Assembly: GCA_016875165.1 (NCBI GenBank) | Contig: VGSF01000002.1 | Span: forward strand, 33,033-97,032 | Source of the DNA: Deltaproteobacteria bacterium | Lineage (GTDB): Bacteria; Desulfobacterota; SM23-61 | Length of the DNA stretch: 64,000 bases | Reading direction: 5' to 3' | Part shown: positions 9,904 through 19,427 of the stretch, one piece after another | Layout of the letters: the number at the start of each line of letters is the position of its first letter | Position numbering within the stretch: the stretch's first letter is position 1 | Notes under the pieces: model-generated | Told to the model about the DNA's origin: nothing | The model's input: the letters and a program-made list of their open reading frames with translations, nothing else | The model's database searches: none | Translations under genes and position numbers: made by a program

Positions 9904-10893
9904 ATGAATATATGGTTCCCCCTTTTGGCCGTGGCCATTCTTGTTCTGATACCTCTCGGGGGGGTGGGGGGGGCCAACTGGAGTTATCTTTTCGGAATCG
10001 TAATTCCCTATATAGCCTTTGGCGCGTTCCTTATCGGTTTTATATATCGCCTTGTCCAGTGGGGAAGGTCGCCAGTACCTTTCCGCATTCCCACAACCTG
10101 CGGGCAGCAGAAATCCTTGCCGTGGATCAAGACCAATTTTTTCGATAACCCCTACAATGGGGTGGGAGTGATCGGCAGGATGGCCCTGGAGGCCCTTCTG
10201 TTCCGTTCCTTGTTCCGGAACACGAAGATGGAATTAAAAGGAGAGCGGCCGGTTTATGGAGGGGCCAAATGGCTCTGGCTGGCCGGGCTGGTTTTTCACT
10301 GGTCCTTACTCTTTATCCTGCTTAGGCACCTGAGGTTTTTTCTCACACCAGCGCCGTTCTGGGTTGATCTGTTAGCAGGTATAGATGGTTTTTTTGAAAT
10401 CGGCGTGCCCACACTTTTCCTCACCGACGCCGCTATTATGCTGGCCGTGACTTACCTTTACTTAAGAAGAGTGGTCATCCCGCAGATACGTTATATCTCG
10501 CTCCCCTCGGACTATTTTCCCCTTTTGCTCATCCTGAGTGTGCTTCTTTCCGGTTTTCTCATGAGACACTTTTACAAAGTAGATATTCTTCGGGTGAAAG
10601 AACTGGTTAGCGGATGGATCAGTTTTTCTCCGGTCGCTGTGGAGGGAATTGGCCTTTCATTTTATGTCCATCTTTTTTTAGTCTCCGTTTTGTTGGCCTA
10701 TTTTCCCATGAGTAAATTGATGCACATGGGGGGTGTTTTTTTAAGCCCCACGAGAAACCTGGCCAACAACAGCCGCCTGCGCCGGCACGTCAATCCCTGG
10801 GATTACCCGGTTAAAGTGCACACCTACGAGGAATACGAGGACGAATTCCGGGAGAAGATGAAGGCGGCCGGATTGCCCGTGGATAAGGAGTAA
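9904..10893 (+). CDS. dsrM: DsrM, membrane heme-b subunit (NarI/HdrE-like)
   Basis: Multi-TM 329-aa protein heading the MKJOP block. Confidence 0.85.
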   Translation: MNIWFPLLAVAILVLIPLGGVGGANWSYLFGIVIPYIAFGAFLIGFIYRLVQWGRSPVPFRIPTTCGQQKSLPWIKTNFFDNPYNGVGVIGRMALEALLFRSLFRNTKMELKGERPVYGGAKWLWLAGLVFHWSLLFILLRHLRFFLTPAPFWVDLLAGIDGFFEIGVPTLFLTDAAIMLAVTYLYLRRVVIPQIRYISLPSDYFPLLLILSVLLSGFLMRHFYKVDILRVKELVSGWISFSPVAVEGIGLSFYVHLFLVSVLLAYFPMSKLMHMGGVFLSPTRNLANNSRLRRHVNPWDYPVKVHTYEEYEDEFREKMKAAGLPVDKE

Positions 10894-10895
10894 AG

Positions 10896-12518
10896 ATGTC
10901 CTTAGTGAAAGTTCTTAAACCAGATGAACTCGCCCGGATCGATTTTCGCCCGCCCCGAACAGGCTGGATGGACACTCCGGCAGAATTCAAGCCGGGCACC
11001 TGGTGCTACAGCGCGGCCCCTAAAAACCTTAAATACCTCGACCTCCCCAACCCCAGGGAGTGGCAGCCCCCCGATGCGGATTGGAAATTACCGGTAAACT
11101 GGAAAGAAATCATTTTGGGAGGATTCAAAGACCGGCTGGAGAAATACCGTTCTTTCCGTCTCTTTATGGACATTTGCGTCCGCTGTGGGGCTTGCGCAGA
11201 CAAATGCCATTTTTTCATAGGATCCGGCGACCCCAAGAATATGCCCGTTCTGCGGGCCGAACTCCTGCGCTCGATTTACCGCAGGTATTTCACGCCTTCC
11301 GGCAGGGTTCTGGGGAAACTCGCCGGAGCGAGGGATCTGACGGTCGAGGTTCTGAAAGAATGGTTCTACTATTTCTACCAGTGCACCGAATGCCGCCGCT
11401 GTTCGGTTTTTTGCCCTTACGGCATCGATCAGGCGGAGATCACCATGATCGGCCGGGAGCTCCTCAACCTGGTGGGCTGCAACATCAACTGGATCATTGA
11501 ACCGGCGGCAAATTGTTTCCGGACGGGAAATCATCTCGGCCTGCAACCGCACGGGATCAAAGACATGCTGGATTTTTTTGCCGACGATATCGAAGAGCGC
11601 ACCGGGATAAGGGTGGAGGTTCCCATCAACCGGAAAGGCGCTGAAATCCTTTTTGTTACGCCGTCCGGCGATCTCTTCGCCGACCCCGGCACTTTTACCT
11701 GCATGGGATACCTGATGCTCTTTCACGAGATCGGGCTGGATTATACCTTAAGCACCTACGCCTCCGAAGGGGGAAACTTCGGTTTATTCACATCCCACGA
11801 AATGATGAAGAGGCTTAATGCCAAGATCTACGCCGAAGCGAGAAGACTTAGAGTAAAATGGATTCTCGGGGGGGAATGCGGTCATATGTGGCGGGTCATC
11901 CATCAATACATGGACACCCTGAACGGTCCCGCTGATTTTCTGGAAGAGCCGGTCTCCCCGATCACAGGCGCGAAATTTGAAAACGCCAGAGCCACCAAGA
12001 TGGTCCATATTATGGAATTTACCGCCGACCTGATCCGGCATAAAAAATTGAAATTGGAACCAAGCAGGAATGACCACCTCCGGGTAACCTTCCACGACTC
12101 CTGCAATCCTTCCCGGGCCATGGGGTTATTTGAAGAACCACGCTATGTCATGCGGAACGTGTGCAATAACTTCTATGAGATGCCGGAAAACACCATCCGG
12201 GAGCAAACTTTTTGCTGCGGTGGAGGAGCCGGTCTGGGGACGGATGAAAACCTGGAAATGAGAATGAGAGGAGGCTTGCCCAGGGCCAAGGCCGTGAAGC
12301 ATGTCCATGAAAAACACGGAGTGAACCGGCTGGCCTGCATTTGCGCGATTGACCGGGCCACCCTGCATTCCCTGATGGAGTATTGGGTTCCGGAGGTAGG
12401 GGTTACCGGCGTTCATGAGATGGTGGCCAACGCTCTGGTAATGAAGGGAGAGAAGGAAAGGACCGCCGATCTGCGCGGGGAACCCCTTAAAGGCATGGAG
12501 ACATCCCCAAATGCATGA
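10896..12518 (+). CDS. dsrK: DsrK, HdrD-like iron-sulfur subunit
   Basis: CVRCGACADKCHF and CTECRRCSVFCPY clusters, plus CCG-type motifs FHDSCNPSR and TFCCGGGAG. Confidence 0.9.
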   Translation: MSLVKVLKPDELARIDFRPPRTGWMDTPAEFKPGTWCYSAAPKNLKYLDLPNPREWQPPDADWKLPVNWKEIILGGFKDRLEKYRSFRLFMDICVRCGACADKCHFFIGSGDPKNMPVLRAELLRSIYRRYFTPSGRVLGKLAGARDLTVEVLKEWFYYFYQCTECRRCSVFCPYGIDQAEITMIGRELLNLVGCNINWIIEPAANCFRTGNHLGLQPHGIKDMLDFFADDIEERTGIRVEVPINRKGAEILFVTPSGDLFADPGTFTCMGYLMLFHEIGLDYTLSTYASEGGNFGLFTSHEMMKRLNAKIYAEARRLRVKWILGGECGHMWRVIHQYMDTLNGPADFLEEPVSPITGAKFENARATKMVHIMEFTADLIRHKKLKLEPSRNDHLRVTFHDSCNPSRAMGLFEEPRYVMRNVCNNFYEMPENTIREQTFCCGGGAGLGTDENLEMRMRGGLPRAKAVKHVHEKHGVNRLACICAIDRATLHSLMEYWVPEVGVTGVHEMVANALVMKGEKERTADLRGEPLKGMETSPNA

Positions 12519-12909
12519 CACCCCAAAAATCATCGGCGGCGTCTTGATCTTTCTAACGTTGGTGACTTTTCCTTTTTGGTACGGGAAGGGGAAAACAGCT
12601 CCCCCTCCGCTCCTCCCTATCGATACCCCTGTGATTCAGAAGCTCACTGTAAAAAAATGTATAGAGCCAGCCGCTTATATGGCAGTCAGCCATATGGAAC
12701 TGCTCAATTCCTGGCGGGATGCCGTAGTCCGGGAGGGGAATCATCTGTATGTGAACCGCGAGGGAAAGAAATTTTCCATGAGTCTTTCCCAGACCTGTCT
12801 TAGCTGCCATTCCAATAAGGATAAATTTTGCGACGCCTGCCATGGTTACGCCGGGGTCAAACCGAATTGCTGGAGCTGCCACGTGGTCCCGAAGGAGGCT
12901 AAGCGATGA
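12511..12909 (+). CDS. dsrJ: DsrJ, triheme periplasmic cytochrome c
   Basis: Signal/TM N-terminus and three CxxCH motifs (CLSCH, CDACH, CWSCH). Overlaps the dsrK stop. Confidence 0.9.
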   Translation: MHDTPKIIGGVLIFLTLVTFPFWYGKGKTAPPPLLPIDTPVIQKLTVKKCIEPAAYMAVSHMELLNSWRDAVVREGNHLYVNREGKKFSMSLSQTCLSCHSNKDKFCDACHGYAGVKPNCWSCHVVPKEAKR

Positions 12910-13673
12910 ATCATAGCCGCCGCACCTTCTTGAAAATTATGGGTCTCTCTCTGGTGGGAGTCAGCATCAAACCAGGCTTTGAGGCTCTGGGGGGAGGTGA
13001 TTCCCCAAAAATCAGCCGCTATCCGGAGAGGTTGGTGGGCAAGAGGTGGGCCATGGCAGTCAGCCCCAAGAAATGTCCCAGCAGTTGCCGGGACTGTATC
13101 GAGGCCTGCCATCGAGCGCACAACGTTCCCGACTTTAAAAATTCCAAGGACGAGATTAAATGGATCTGGAACGAACCTTTCAGGAATGTATTTCCGGAAC
13201 AGGAACACGACTGTTTGACAGAAGGGTGGAGGCGAAAACAGGTTGTCGTTCTTTGCAACCATTGCGCCAACCCCCCCTGCGTCCGGGTATGTCCCACCAA
13301 AGCCACCTTCCAAAGAAAAGATGGCGTTGTGATGATGGATTACCATCGCTGCATCGGGTGCCGATTCTGCATTGCTGGATGTCCGTATGGGGCCAGATCC
13401 ATGAATTACCGGGATCCCCGCCCATTCATCAAAGAAATCAATCCTGGTTTTCCCACCCGCACCAAAGGTGTGGTGGAAAAATGTAATTTCTGCGAGGAAA
13501 GGTTGGCCAAAGGTCTTCTTCCCGCTTGCGTGGAAGGATGTAAAGAGAAGGCTCTGGTGTTTGGAGACCTGGAGAATCCAGAGGCTGAAATCCGGAAAAT
13601 CCTTCAAGCTCATTTCACCATCCGGCGAAAACCTGGGTTGGGTACTCGGCCCCAAGTTTATTATATCGTATGA
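12906..13673 (+). CDS. dsrO: DsrO, periplasmic 4Fe-4S ferredoxin subunit
   Basis: Tat-like SRRTFLK; Cys clusters CNHCANPPCVRVCP, CIGCRFCIAGCPY and CNFCEERL. Confidence 0.9.
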   Translation: MNHSRRTFLKIMGLSLVGVSIKPGFEALGGGDSPKISRYPERLVGKRWAMAVSPKKCPSSCRDCIEACHRAHNVPDFKNSKDEIKWIWNEPFRNVFPEQEHDCLTEGWRRKQVVVLCNHCANPPCVRVCPTKATFQRKDGVVMMDYHRCIGCRFCIAGCPYGARSMNYRDPRPFIKEINPGFPTRTKGVVEKCNFCEERLAKGLLPACVEGCKEKALVFGDLENPEAEIRKILQAHFTIRRKPGLGTRPQVYYIV

Positions 13674-13680
13674 GGAATTT

Positions 13681-14838
13681 ATGCTGGAAAAAGCATTAAG
13701 CGGAAATCGAAGATACTGGGGATGGGTGGGGTTTCTAATTTTCTTTATCGGGGTTGGATTTTTTTTCTACCTTCGCCAGTTAGATTATGGATTGGGCATC
13801 ACCGGAATGAGCCGGGATGTCACTTGGGCCCTCTATATCGCCCAATTCACTTTTTTGGTGGGAGTGGCCGCATCCGCGGTCATGGTGGTCCTTCCCTACT
13901 ATCTCCACGACTACAAAGTCTTCGGTAAAATCACCATCCTGGGAGAATTTCTGGCCGTTTCTTCTGTGGTCATGTGTCTGGCTTTTGTCATCGTAGACCT
14001 GGGGCAGCCAGCCCGAGCTTTTAACCTTTTGCTCTACCCTTCTCCCAGGTCCATCCTTTTCTGGGATATGATCGTTCTTAATGGCTATCTCTTACTCAAC
14101 ATAGTGATTGGGTGGACTGTGCTGGATGCGGAGAAAAAATCCATACCCCCGCCGAAATGGGTAAAGCCGCTGATTTACCTTTCGATCCCCTGGGCCATCA
14201 GCATACATACCGTGACGGCCTTCATCTATTCCGGCCTCCCCGGCCGAAGCTTCTGGATGACGGCCATCATGGCCCCCCGCTTTCTGGCCTCGGCTTTTGC
14301 TTCCGGGCCTGCTTTGTTGATCCTTCTCTGTTTTATCTTGAGGAAGTTCACCCGCTTCAATGCCGGAAATGAGGCGATTCAGGCTCTGGCCAAGATTGTC
14401 ACTTATGCCCTGTTCATCAGCGTTTTTTTCATCTTGATGGAAATTTTTACGGTATTTTACAGCCAGATTCCGGAGCACATGCACCATTTTATTTATTGCT
14501 TTGCCGGGCTTTATGGACACTATGGGCTGGTACCATGGATGTGGGCTTTTGTCGTTCTGGCCGCAGCGGCCATGATCCTCCTGGTTAACCCCCGGACCCG
14601 CCAGAACGAAACGCTATTGGGGGTGGCCTGTGTGGCCGTCTTTGCCTCTCTCTGGATCGAGAAGGGGCTTGGTTTGGTTGTGACCGGTTTCATCCCCTCG
14701 CCCCTGGAAAAAATTACGGAATATTCGCCCACGATGCCCGAAGTGCTCATCACCCTGGGAGTCTGGGCCGCAGGATTCTTGGCCCTTACCTTCCTTTACA
14801 AAATCGCTGTCACCGTTAAAGAAGAAATAGAGGCTTAG
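13681..14838 (+). CDS. dsrP: DsrP, NrfD/PsrC-like integral membrane subunit
   Basis: Start MLEKALSGN at 13681 follows a GAGGA RBS and the dsrO stop; the listed 13468 start lies inside dsrO. About 10 TM helices. Confidence 0.85.
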   Translation: MLEKALSGNRRYWGWVGFLIFFIGVGFFFYLRQLDYGLGITGMSRDVTWALYIAQFTFLVGVAASAVMVVLPYYLHDYKVFGKITILGEFLAVSSVVMCLAFVIVDLGQPARAFNLLLYPSPRSILFWDMIVLNGYLLLNIVIGWTVLDAEKKSIPPPKWVKPLIYLSIPWAISIHTVTAFIYSGLPGRSFWMTAIMAPRFLASAFASGPALLILLCFILRKFTRFNAGNEAIQALAKIVTYALFISVFFILMEIFTVFYSQIPEHMHHFIYCFAGLYGHYGLVPWMWAFVVLAAAAMILLVNPRTRQNETLLGVACVAVFASLWIEKGLGLVVTGFIPSPLEKITEYSPTMPEVLITLGVWAAGFLALTFLYKIAVTVKEEIEA

Positions 14839-14848
14839 CCAATTCCGG

Positions 14849-14876
14849 GAAGTATTTGCCTACATAAAACATAAAT
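14849..14876 (+). repeat. 28-bp direct repeat, copy 1 (gaagtatttgcctacataaaacataaat)
   Basis: 25/28 identical to 21743-21770. Both copies sit upstream of Phd-like antitoxin genes. Confidence 0.7.
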
Positions 14877-14938
14877 CTCCATAGAATCCCAAAATATTAA
14901 CCCTCGACAGGAGATTGTGAAATGACTATAATCCAGCC

Positions 14939-15178
14939 ATGAGTAAAATTACAATAGACGAAATCAGGCGCGATCTGACAGGTTATTTGCAAAGGGTGAA
15001 AGCCGGGGAGACGTTTCTCGTCATCGATTCAGATCAGCCAGTGGCGGAGATTAAGCCCGTGACACAAAAGAATGCAGGCCTGCGTCCTTTTGCTTTGTGC
15101 TCTGGAGAATTTCGCGTGCCGGACGACTTTGACATGCCGTTGCCGGAGGAAATCATCGCGCAGTTTGAAGGACGATGA
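14939..15178 (+). CDS. Phd/YefM-type antitoxin-like protein
   Basis: N-terminus ITIDEIRRDLTGYLQRVKAGETFLVIDSDQPVAEIKPV and C-terminal VPDDFDMPLPEEIIAQFEG tail, typical of Phd/VapB-type antitoxins. Confidence 0.7.
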   Translation: MSKITIDEIRRDLTGYLQRVKAGETFLVIDSDQPVAEIKPVTQKNAGLRPFALCSGEFRVPDDFDMPLPEEIIAQFEGR

Positions 15179-15921
15179 AAAACTACCTCATGGAACAGAA
15201 TCAAATTCTTCATGAATTGACGGAAAAGACAAAGCGAGCAGTGGTCCATTATTGGGAAACACGGTCCGCGCAACGACGGAAACAAGAGCAGAGTGGCAGG
15301 GCAGATCAGGGTTTGCGCAGTGCGGTAACCGGCGGCGCGCAGATGGACGGTTTCACCGATCTTTTTACGAGACTCATAACCCGGGCGGGAATATCTGAGC
15401 GGTATATTTTCAGGAAGAAGGCCGTTGAACTTCCCGGTTTCTTCAGGCCCACCAAGGAATGGGACCTACTTGTTGTCAAGGATGGGACATTGATTGGCGC
15501 GATAGAGGCTAAATCACAAGTCGGTCCCTCATTCGGCAACAACTTCAACAATCGAACTGAGGAAGCAATAGGCAGTGCCCTTGACCTCTGGACGGCTTTC
15601 CGGGAACGAGCCTATCTCCAGAGCCCACAGCCTTTTCTCGGTTATTTTTTCATGCTTGAAGATTGCGATGCCTCCAATCGGTCCGTTTCTGTCCAGGAAC
15701 CGCATTTCAAGGTTTTCCCGGAGTTCATTGGTGCCTCGTACATGAGGCGCTATGAGTTATTTTGTCGGAAGCTTGTGTTGGAGCGTCATTATTCGGCAGC
15801 TGCCTTCATTACTTCGACGAGCCAAGATGGCATCCGAGGGAACTACAAGATGCCAGCCGAAGACCTATCTATAGAGCGGTTTGCCAAAGTTTTGGCCGCT
15901 CATGCAGCGACTTTTGCGTAA
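15175..15921 (+). CDS. Type II restriction endonuclease (XhoI/PaeR7I-family-like)
   Basis: ATGA overlap with the upstream gene. WDLLV...AIEAKSQVGPSFGNNFNNRTEEAIG core recalled from the XhoI/PaeR7I family. Followed 4 nt later by a methyltransferase. Confidence 0.6.
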   Translation: MKNYLMEQNQILHELTEKTKRAVVHYWETRSAQRRKQEQSGRADQGLRSAVTGGAQMDGFTDLFTRLITRAGISERYIFRKKAVELPGFFRPTKEWDLLVVKDGTLIGAIEAKSQVGPSFGNNFNNRTEEAIGSALDLWTAFRERAYLQSPQPFLGYFFMLEDCDASNRSVSVQEPHFKVFPEFIGASYMRRYELFCRKLVLERHYSAAAFITSTSQDGIRGNYKMPAEDLSIERFAKVLAAHAATFA

Positions 15922-15925
15922 AGAC

Positions 15926-16834
15926 ATGTTGACGACCTTTCACAGACTTATCAATGGCGATGCAAGGGATTTGTCCTTCTTGGATGATGAATCCGTCCAC
16001 CTCGTCGTTACCTCTCCGCCGTACTGGAACCTCAAACGATACCAGGAGAATCCCGATCAACTCGGGCATATCCAGGATTACGAGGCATTTCTGAATGAGC
16101 TGGAAAAGGTATGGAGGCATGTCTTTCGTGTGCTTGTCCCCGGTGGGCGATTAGTGTGTGTGGTCGGCGACGTCTGCGTGGCCAGACGTGATTTCGGACG
16201 ACACCTCGTATTTCCCCTCCACGCCGACATCTGTGTGATTTGCCGGCGGATGGGCTTCGACAACCTGAATCCCATCGTCTGGCATAAGATCGCCAATGCA
16301 TCCTATGAAGTGGCCAACGGGTCAAAGTTTTTGGGCAAGCCGTATGAACCCAACGCCATCATCAAAAACGACATGGAATTCATCCTCATGCAGCGCAAGC
16401 CCGGAGGATACCGGAAGCCTTCAGAATTGCAACGCAAAACCAGCAAGATATCGAAGGATGAGTTCGATCGCTGGTTTCAGCAAATCTGGAATATCCCCGG
16501 CGCATCAACGAAACAACATCCCGCCCCGTTTCCAATGGAACTGGCGACCCGTCTTGTCCGCATGTTTTCTTTTACAGGTGACACCGTACTCGACCCGTTT
16601 TGCGGATCTGGCACGACAATGATCGCGGCTCTCAGAACAGGCCGGAACAGCATCGGTGTTGAAATCGAGCCAGAGTATTGTCGCATGGCAGCCCGCTATT
16701 TGAAGGCCGAAAACCCCGACCTTTTTTCCAGTTCAAAGCTGATCTTTGAGAAGGCGACCACAGAGCGCGCCTGTCTTATCAGAGAAGACCAAGAGCTTTA
16801 CGAGGTCCGCCCGGCGAAGAAAAAGTTAGATTAG
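15926..16834 (+). CDS. DNA methyltransferase (beta-class N6A/N4C, DNA methylase N-4/N-6 domain)
   Basis: Motif IV TSPPYW precedes motif I DPFCGSGTT (beta-class order). The start at 15926 follows the REase stop at 15919-15921. Confidence 0.85.
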   Translation: MLTTFHRLINGDARDLSFLDDESVHLVVTSPPYWNLKRYQENPDQLGHIQDYEAFLNELEKVWRHVFRVLVPGGRLVCVVGDVCVARRDFGRHLVFPLHADICVICRRMGFDNLNPIVWHKIANASYEVANGSKFLGKPYEPNAIIKNDMEFILMQRKPGGYRKPSELQRKTSKISKDEFDRWFQQIWNIPGASTKQHPAPFPMELATRLVRMFSFTGDTVLDPFCGSGTTMIAALRTGRNSIGVEIEPEYCRMAARYLKAENPDLFSSSKLIFEKATTERACLIREDQELYEVRPAKKKLD

Positions 16835-16872
16835 CAGCGTTCTGCGGGGATAAATGTAAAAGACGGGACCTT

Positions 16873-17272
16873 TCCGTTGATTCCGTACATTTTGGACTGT
16901 TCACTAACCAATTAAATCCCTTTTGAACCTGGAAAAAAGGAATGACCCCGGAACCTAGATGTTAATCAGGGGTGACCTTCGGATCTGCTTCAGCCCCCCC
17001 TTGCATCCTTTATCAAAGAACACATAGAGAATAATTTTTATAGAAACCCGGCTGGGAAATATGTATTTTAGTGTATACTCGGGGTCTTACCTGATTTTTA
17101 AAGATCGGCTTCGAGCAGATGCCTTTTGATCGGGAGGGGGGATGAAAAGTTATCGCAAAGAACTGTGGTTCAACATTGCCGGGCGAAGGGCTTTCGTAAA
17201 TATTACGCCCCAGGTTGAAGCGTGTTTGAAAGAAAGCGGGATAAAGGAAGGGCTGATCCTAGCGAATGCCAT
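16873..17272 (+). repeat. Diverged duplicate of the yjbQ promoter and 5' region (copy 1)
   Basis: Roughly 85-90% identical by eye to 22476-22930 (tccgttgattccg...gaatgccat). Similarity stops abruptly at 17272. Confidence 0.8.
17142..17272 (+). pseudogene. Truncated 5' fragment of yjbQ (UPF0047) gene
   Basis: [43 protein letters not shown] matches the first ~43 aa of the intact copy at 22800. The rest of the listed ORF is unrelated sequence ending in a terminator. Confidence 0.8.
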
Positions 17273-17377
17273 AGCTTCTTATTTAAACAGGCCGTGCCGT
17301 TCATGGTGGCTGGTAGATATGCGGAACGCACCGCAGCGGCAAGCTGCTGAACCTGCTCCCATAATCCCCGAACTTGA

Positions 17378-17402
17378 AGCCCCAGAAATGGGGCTTTTTT
17401 TT
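17378..17402 (+). terminator. Intrinsic terminator
   Basis: agcccc-agaaat-ggggct followed by T8. Confidence 0.6.
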
Positions 17403-17443
17403 CGCCTGGAAATGTGGTAAAAGAAATTGAAGAGAGAAATGTC

Positions 17444-18238
17444 ATGGAAGAGAAAATTTGCTTTTTCATTGCCCCAATTGGTGATCCGGGAACAGAGATT
17501 CGCAAACGTTCAGATCAGATTCTAAAATATCTGATTGAACCTGTTGCGATGACCTGCGGTTATAAGGCTATACGGGCGGATAAAATTTCCGAGCCAGGAA
17601 TTATTACAAGCCAGGTTATTCAACACGTCATAGATGACCCTATGGTTGTCGCCGATTTGACGGGCTGGAATCCGAATGTTTTTTACGAATTGGCAATTCG
17701 TCATACGTTTCGAAAACCCTATGTTCAAATTATCCAAAAGGGGGAACGAATCCCATTTGATGTTTCTGGCATTCGGACGGTTGAAGTGGATCATCACGAT
17801 CTTGATAGTGTTGAAGAGGCAAAAGGAGAAATCACCCGTCAGATGAAATCGATGGAAAGACCAGAAAAAGTAATTGAAAGCCCAATCTCTGCGACTATCG
17901 ATCTTGATACTCTTCGAAAAAGTGAGAGACCTGAGCAGAGACAAATGGCTGATATATTAACTGCTTTAGCCGAATTGCGAACAGGCCAATCAGCGATTGA
18001 GAAAAGAATTACTGATCAAGAGAGGTATTTTTTCAAAGATAGAGAATTCGCGTCAGTATTAAGCCAAATAGTCGGCCCTTCGATGTCTGCTCAAGGTCAT
18101 GGCTCTTCAGGGCCGTCGGGCTTAGGGGCTCATTCAACTGGTCCTTTTGTTAAACCTACTGATTTTTTATACACGGGAAGGCTTTCTCAGGGTACGACAT
18201 TCCCCTTGACGGATGAAATTAAGAAAGATGATAAATAG
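17444..18238 (+). CDS. Hypothetical protein with N-terminal nucleoside 2-deoxyribosyltransferase-like / TIR-like Rossmannoid domain
   Basis: MEEKICFFIAPIGD...ADLTGWNPNVFYELAIRHTFRKPYVQI pattern (FxxxPFG ... ADLT..NPNV.YELG). The C-terminal half is low-complexity or coiled. Confidence 0.45.
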   Translation: MEEKICFFIAPIGDPGTEIRKRSDQILKYLIEPVAMTCGYKAIRADKISEPGIITSQVIQHVIDDPMVVADLTGWNPNVFYELAIRHTFRKPYVQIIQKGERIPFDVSGIRTVEVDHHDLDSVEEAKGEITRQMKSMERPEKVIESPISATIDLDTLRKSERPEQRQMADILTALAELRTGQSAIEKRITDQERYFFKDREFASVLSQIVGPSMSAQGHGSSGPSGLGAHSTGPFVKPTDFLYTGRLSQGTTFPLTDEIKKDDK

Positions 18239-18322
18239 TGGAACGAAATAATATGTATCCATAACCCGCCCGCAAAAACAAAAGCCCAGGGTTTAAAGGC
18301 CTAGGGTTTTTTCGGGGGGTCT

Positions 18323-18736
18323 CTACAATTGCAAGAAATTTTTAATTAAACCCCAGTTTTCCAGATATTGCTCCAAGTGGCCTATATCTTGGACACGTAT
18401 CCTTCCAGCATAGTCTTTAACCCTGTCCACAGCTTCATCGACTACTTCTCTTGGCAAAATATAAAAATTTGCTGCCTTCATTCTGAATAGACTGCCTTTT
18501 TCAATGAAAACGATGAAATTAGAACCCCAATTTTGTATTAGTTTTTTTAAACTGCCCCTTTCCACCTGGATGGTGCAATCTATGTTTTTCGCACGATTAA
18601 TAGCTATTACATCCATTCTAACAATACCACCTGCAAAAGGGTCTGGAGGCAGCAAAGCGTCGATCCCAATTCCCTTGAGGTACCCCGCAACCATATACCG
18701 GATCCGTTCAAATTCAGCCATTCTATAATTTTTCAT
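18323..18736 (-). CDS. Hypothetical protein (137 aa)
   Basis: Its ATG lies 1 nt after the stop of the upstream 62-aa ORF (TAAAATG), which suggests a two-gene operon. No recognisable motif. Confidence 0.5.
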   Translation of the reverse strand: MKNYRMAEFERIRYMVAGYLKGIGIDALLPPDPFAGGIVRMDVIAINRAKNIDCTIQVERGSLKKLIQNWGSNFIVFIEKGSLFRMKAANFYILPREVVDEAVDRVKDYAGRIRVQDIGHLEQYLENWGLIKNFLQL

Positions 18737-18737
18737 T

Positions 18738-18926
18738 TTACCTAATCGCCCTGCGTAGTTGATCAACTTCCTGCCGCAAATTTTCAATTTCACCCTGCAT
18801 TTGGATAAGACCATGAGCTAAATTAGCAAGACCGTTATAAAGGTTATACTTTTCAGGTTCCGTTTGCGCCTGCCCAAACAAGCGGATGTTTTCTTCAAAA
18901 CATTTTAAAGCCCAATCCAGGTTCAT
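18738..18926 (-). CDS. Hypothetical small helical protein (62 aa)
   Basis: ORF tightly coupled to 18323-18736, with a coiled-coil-like C-terminus. Confidence 0.4.
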   Translation of the reverse strand: MNLDWALKCFEENIRLFGQAQTEPEKYNLYNGLANLAHGLIQMQGEIENLRQEVDQLRRAIR

Positions 18927-19427
18927 GGCAGCCCCCCCTTTTTAAATATCTTCTGGCTGGCATTGTAACCGAACCGCTAAGTAGATTCAAGACCAACTTG
19001 CCAAAACATTCCTAAACGCGGAACTGGCCAAGTATGCCACGTGGGAGGAAGCCAGTCGTATGAGCAAATATGCGCATACGCTTTTTGAGAATGCTGGGAA
19101 CTTTGGGAAGGTTAAAAAAGAAGGAGTCGGCTACCGCACCATCTGCAAATTCCTATTGTGGGGGACGTTATTGCAGAATGTGTTTAATGATGTCAATGCA
19201 CGTTCTGCACGTACGTATCGGATCGCCTTATTGTCCGGAACCGTTGAGTGAAAAGGCCGAAGCATTTCTTAGGGCTCATGGGCATCCGCCAATCAGCCCC
19301 TTAACCAAGGCGAAGGTTTTAAACCAGGCGAACGGAAAAATAAAGATTTTCCCCTGAGCTACCGTCTATTATCTTAGGTCAATCGCTAAATTGACAACCC
19401 AGCCAAATGATAGTACTGTTATAGCAA

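Noticed and set aside
17273-17420. The C-terminal part of ORF 17142-17420, treated as a novel fusion to YjbQ.
   Set aside because: Similarity to the intact yjbQ copy stops at 17272. The remainder contains an intrinsic terminator (17378-17402), so it is read-through of a truncated pseudogene.
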